Source: Candidatus Saccharibacteria bacterium UBA1103 (GTDB taxonomy: Bacteria > Patescibacteriota > Saccharimonadia > Saccharimonadales > Saccharimonadaceae). From it: DNA of 64,000 nucleotides. The notes under the pieces are model-generated. The model did not search any database. It saw nothing but the letters and a program-made list of their open reading frames with translations, and was not told where the DNA came from. The stretch covers positions 16,240-80,239 of the forward strand of contig DCBQ01000005.1 of NCBI GenBank assembly GCA_002313515.1. The letters run 5' to 3'. A program made the translations under genes and the position numbers. Below are positions 60,968-64,000 of this stretch, in pieces; positions within the stretch are counted from its first letter, which is position 1, and every line of letters begins with the position of its first letter.

Positions 60968-61079
60968 GAGCCCACCGGCTCGCCTACGACAATACCTCCC
61001 TTTTATAAAGGGAGGTATTGCTAAATCAAAATACCCTCTCCTTGACGGAGAGGGTAGGCGTTTACGCCGAGTGAGGTTT
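60968..61079. repeat. Convergent pair of two-hairpin palindromic elements between convergent genes
   Basis: (-) copy 60968-61017 (GCCCACCGGCTCG...TACCTCCCTTTT-ATAA-AGGGAGGTA). (+) copy 61033-61079 (CCCTCTCC-TTGAC-GGAGAGGG TAGGCG-TTTA-CGCC GAGTGAGGTTT). Confidence 0.85.
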
Positions 61080-61084
61080 ATAAC

Positions 61085-61432
61085 CTATTTATTTACTGAT
61101 TTCACAATCGCGGCGAAGGCAGCGGGCTCACGGACGGCTAGGTCGGCTAGGGTCTTGCGATCCAACTGGATGTTGGCGGCCTTTAGACCGGCGATTAGCT
61201 TGGCGTAAGTGGTGCCATTCTGGCGGGCAGCTGCGTTGATGCGGGTGATCCATAGTTGACGCATATCGCGCTTTTTGCTGCGGCGATCACGGAACGCATA
61301 CTGTAATGACTTTAACACGCGCTCTTTGGCCATACGGAAGCTGCGGGTAGCGCTATTGTGTTTGAAACCCTTGGCACGCTTTAGCATCTTGTTGTGACGA
61401 GCGCGAGCGGTTACACCTTTTTTAACTCTCAT
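61085..61432 (-). CDS. rplT: 50S ribosomal protein L20
   Basis: [23 protein letters not shown].. and infC-rpmI-rplT operon order. Confidence 0.9.
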   Translation of the reverse strand: MRVKKGVTARARHNKMLKRAKGFKHNSATRSFRMAKERVLKSLQYAFRDRRSKKRDMRQLWITRINAAARQNGTTYAKLIAGLKAANIQLDRKTLADLAVREPAAFAAIVKSVNK

Positions 61433-61488
61433 TGATTACTCCTAACTTGGTCGAATAATTAATTGATTAACGTTAAATTAGGTATCTA

Positions 61489-61683
61489 TTAAATACCTAG
61501 GGCGCGACGAATAATCTTCGCGTGCTCACCCGTGATTTGCACTGGGGCGGCTTTGGCGCGCTTGTTGCGCTCAGTCTGATGTGATAGCTTGTGATGAGTA
61601 GCGGCTGATGCGCGAAATAGCTTACCACTCTTGGTAACGCCAATGCGCTTGCTGGTACCCTTATGAGTCTTCATTTTTGGCAT
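61489..61683 (-). CDS. rpmI: 50S ribosomal protein L35
   Basis: MPKMKTHKGTSKRIGVTKSGKLFR... Overlaps the infC stop. Confidence 0.9.
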   Translation of the reverse strand: MPKMKTHKGTSKRIGVTKSGKLFRASAATHHKLSHQTERNKRAKAAPVQITGEHAKIIRRALGI

Positions 61684-62216
61684 TTTGAATTGCTCCTTAC
61701 CATGACGCTCAGGTTACGACCCGCCATTACTGGTTTATTATCAGCCACGGCTACATCCGAAAGGTCGTCGAGTATTCGACCAAGTAGGGCTCGACCTACC
61801 TCGGGGTGCGCCATCTCGCGACCGCGAAACATCAATTGAATCTTGACCTTGTCGCCGTCTAATAAGAACTTACGGATTTTGCGTAGCTTGATGTCTAGAT
61901 CGTTTTGACCAATTTTGAGGCCTAACCGCATCTGCTTAATTTCACTACTGCGTGCATTCTTCTTATTACGCTGCTGCTCCTTCATCTTTTGGTACTGGTA
62001 CTTACCCCAGTCGATGATTTTTGCAACAGGTGGCGTTGCAGTTGGTGAAATTTCTACTAAGTCGAGACCGGCATCACGAGCCTGATTGAGGGCGTCACGC
62101 TTAGACATAATGCCTAGCTGCTCGCCATCTTGACCAATCACACGAAGCTCATGGGCACGGATCTCGCCATTTATCCGAATTGATTTGTTGGCTATTTTAG
62201 GATCCTTACCTGAAAT
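61671..62216 (-). CDS. infC: Translation initiation factor IF-3, predicted AUU start
   Basis: The conserved N-terminus ..SIRINGEIRAHELRVIG.. lies upstream of the track start (GTG 62141) in the same open frame. ATT at 62216 gives (M)SGKDPKIANKSIRINGEIR, collinear with E. coli [20 protein letters not shown]. Confidence 0.8.
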   Translation of the reverse strand: MSGKDPKIANKSIRINGEIRAHELRVIGQDGEQLGIMSKRDALNQARDAGLDLVEISPTATPPVAKIIDWGKYQYQKMKEQQRNKKNARSSEIKQMRLGLKIGQNDLDIKLRKIRKFLLDGDKVKIQLMFRGREMAHPEVGRALLGRILDDLSDVAVADNKPVMAGRNLSVMVRSNSKCQK

Positions 62217-62228
62217 TAAATTATTATT

Positions 62229-62303
62229 TGGCTCCGGAGGCCGGATTCGAACCGGCGACCCATTGATTAACAGTCAACTGCGCTACCGCTGCGCCACTCC
62301 GGA
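62229..62303 (-). tRNA. tRNA-Asn (anticodon GTT)
   Basis: Minus strand: acceptor TCCGGAG/CTCCGGA, anticodon loop CT-GTT-AA, T-loop TTCGAAT, encoded CCA. The 3' end is 12 nt from the infC ATT. Confidence 0.9.
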
Positions 62304-62431
62304 ATATGCTGCTTCCATACTTAATGAAAACACTGTGATAATTATATAGATTATGTTGGCGCGGGTCAAGGGCTACGAGGCGTGAATTAGAGAAAATATC
62401 GTTTTGGCTTAATTTAGGCGTATAGTCAGGG

Positions 62432-63925
62432 CTATAGTAGTGTAATCTGGCGGTACTGCAATGCCTCGGCGGCGTCGGCTAGTTCGACTTCGGTGTGCTG
62501 ATTCAAGTCGGCAATGGTAGCGGCAATACGCATGATTTTAAAATAGCTGCGGGCGGATAGCTTTAGCTTCTCGGTAGCATTAAGCAGTAGGTCGGTGGCA
62601 GTCTTGGCGAATTTAATCCTAGACTTTAGCTCTTTATTAGTCAGATTAGCGTTGAATTTACCCTGACGCGTTTGCTGTTGCTGGCTGGCGCTAGCGATGG
62701 CCTGGCGATACCGATCAGACAGGTGCTCATCACTGCCACGCGTGAGGTCGCGCTGCGGTACGCGTGAGACTTGAACAAATAAATCGATGCGATCCAGTAG
62801 TGGACCGGAAATTTTCTTCTGGTAATTCTGAATAAGTTGCTGGGTACAGGTGCATTCGTGATCGGGGTCGCCATAATATCCGCAGGGGCAGGGATTCATG
62901 GTGGCGAGTAACATAAAATTGGCCGGATAAGTGGTCTTGCCACCAGCGCGACTAATATGAATCTCGCGGTCCTCTAGTGGTTGGCGCAGGGACTCTAGGG
63001 TGCGGCTGGTAAATTCCGGTATTTCATCCAGGAACAGCACGCCATTGTGGGCCAGGGAAATTTCGCCAGGTCTAACATTAGATCCGCCGCCAACCAGGGC
63101 AACGTGCGAGGCGGTGTGATGGGGCGCACGAAAGGGACGCTTAGTAATGATTCCATCGGATTCGCTGGCAAGCGAATATAATTTAGTAGTCTCGAGTACT
63201 TCGTTGTGAGTCATGGGCGGAAGTAGGCCAGGCAGGGCTTTAGCCAGCATGGTTTTGCCAGATCCGGGAGGGCCGCAGAATAATATATTGTGATGACCAG
63301 CTGCGGCAATTTCGAGTGCACGTTTAGCAAGTTTTTGCCCGAAAATATCGTCAATAGAGTTAAAATTAGTATAAGTATTTTGCACAACGGTTGGTTGGGT
63401 GTAGGGAATGCGTTGCTCGCCAATTAGGTGCTGAACTACACTGTTAAGCGTAGTAGCTGGTACAACGCTTATGTCATTAACTAGGGCTGCCTGATCGGCA
63501 TTAACGCTAGGCAGAACGAACTCACTTAGTCTGCTAATACGGGCGCATTCAGCAAAATTAAGTGCCCCGCGAATAGCGTGTAAATCGCCGTTCAGACCGA
63601 GCTCTCCGGCGAACAATGTTTTATTTACAGCATTTTGCTGTAGTTGGCCGCTGGCCACTAAGATGGACAAAGCGATTGCCAGGTCTAAGTGTGTGCCGTC
63701 TTTGGCAATGTCGGCCGGAATTAAGTTGATGGTAACGCGTTTGGCGGGGAATTGATATCCGGAATTAGTAATGGCTGAGCGTACACGTTCGCGTGATTCG
63801 CTAATGGCCTTGTCGGCTAGCCCTACGATGTTGAAAGCGGGCAGACCCTTAGTAATATCACACTCGGCGGTGACGAGGACGGCGTCAAATCCTTTGATTA
63901 CTGCTGTCCTCACCCTTGAAATCAT
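62432..63925 (-). CDS. comM: Mg-chelatase-like AAA+ ATPase, YifB/ComM family
   Basis: 497 aa. N-terminal Lon-protease-like domain, Walker A GPPGSGKTM, ..GVLFLDE.., zinc-ribbon-like CPCGYYGDPDHECTC. Confidence 0.85.
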   Translation of the reverse strand: MISRVRTAVIKGFDAVLVTAECDITKGLPAFNIVGLADKAISESRERVRSAITNSGYQFPAKRVTINLIPADIAKDGTHLDLAIALSILVASGQLQQNAVNKTLFAGELGLNGDLHAIRGALNFAECARISRLSEFVLPSVNADQAALVNDISVVPATTLNSVVQHLIGEQRIPYTQPTVVQNTYTNFNSIDDIFGQKLAKRALEIAAAGHHNILFCGPPGSGKTMLAKALPGLLPPMTHNEVLETTKLYSLASESDGIITKRPFRAPHHTASHVALVGGGSNVRPGEISLAHNGVLFLDEIPEFTSRTLESLRQPLEDREIHISRAGGKTTYPANFMLLATMNPCPCGYYGDPDHECTCTQQLIQNYQKKISGPLLDRIDLFVQVSRVPQRDLTRGSDEHLSDRYRQAIASASQQQQTRQGKFNANLTNKELKSRIKFAKTATDLLLNATEKLKLSARSYFKIMRIAATIADLNQHTEVELADAAEALQYRQITLL

Positions 63926-63931
63926 ATAGTT

Positions 63932-63940
63932 AGTTTAGCA
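63932..63940 (-). promoter_or_regulatory. Extended -10 box (TGcTAAACT), 6 nt upstream of comM ATG; leaderless
   Basis: Minus strand reads TGCTAAACT-AACTAT-ATG. Confidence 0.5.
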
Positions 63941-64000
63941 TAAGCTGAATAACTGTTCAAGAATATTAAATCTTGTCGCCTATAGCTCCGATATAAAAAT

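Noticed and set aside
1-64000. Alternative genetic code (UGA recoding, as in some candidate-phyla bacteria).
   Set aside because: Long uninterrupted ORFs with expected protein lengths are obtained with the standard code, and TGA is used as a genuine stop (e.g. 41154-41156 at the minor pilin end, coupled to the next ATG).

Overview
Gene-dense bacterial chromosome segment, roughly 45-50% GC judged by eye from sampled lines (not computed). It uses the standard genetic code; TGA, TAA and TAG all act as stops. Content: core information-processing genes (argS, orn, dnaG-rpoD, polA, fpg, rnj, ftsK, rpsF-ssb-rpsR, efp, tlyA, ychF, a Xer-type recombinase, thrS, miaA, rpmB, infC-rpmI-rplT, comM), 7 tRNAs (all with encoded CCA), RNase P RNA, and a complete secretin-less (monoderm-type) type IV pilus locus at 31.6-44.1 kb (pilM-N-O-x-pilB-T-C-pilA-pilD plus four minor pilins) with a second unlinked pilin at 49.9 kb. 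Accessory genes include oleate hydratase, two membrane glycosyltransferases, an RCC1/IPT surface protein and an 825-aa secreted protein. The gene set and compactness fit a reduced-genome Gram-positive-like lineage such as Candidatus Saccharibacteria (TM7)/Patescibacteria; this is inference only, no search was possible. Most notable signals beyond the ORF track: (1) a dispersed family of two-hairpin palindromic repeats (at least 20 copies at 13 loci) whose stems change in a compensatory way, mostly just 3' of genes, twice as tandem mini-arrays, and once as a composite copy inserted in frame inside fpg (about 60 extra aa); (2) a TGnTAnnnT extended -10 box 6-8 nt upstream of the ATG at about 17 genes, implying leaderless mRNAs, which also corrects several over-extended ORF-track starts; (3) a 430-bp region upstream of rnj with convergent promoters, a 22-codon ORF with a strong SD, a flanking inverted repeat and an intrinsic terminator; (4) a second structured repeat family with two copies; (5) a frame-split surface-protein gene, a degenerate-Nudix/RNase HI fusion, an Arg-type EF-P and an AUU-initiated infC abutting tRNA-Asn.
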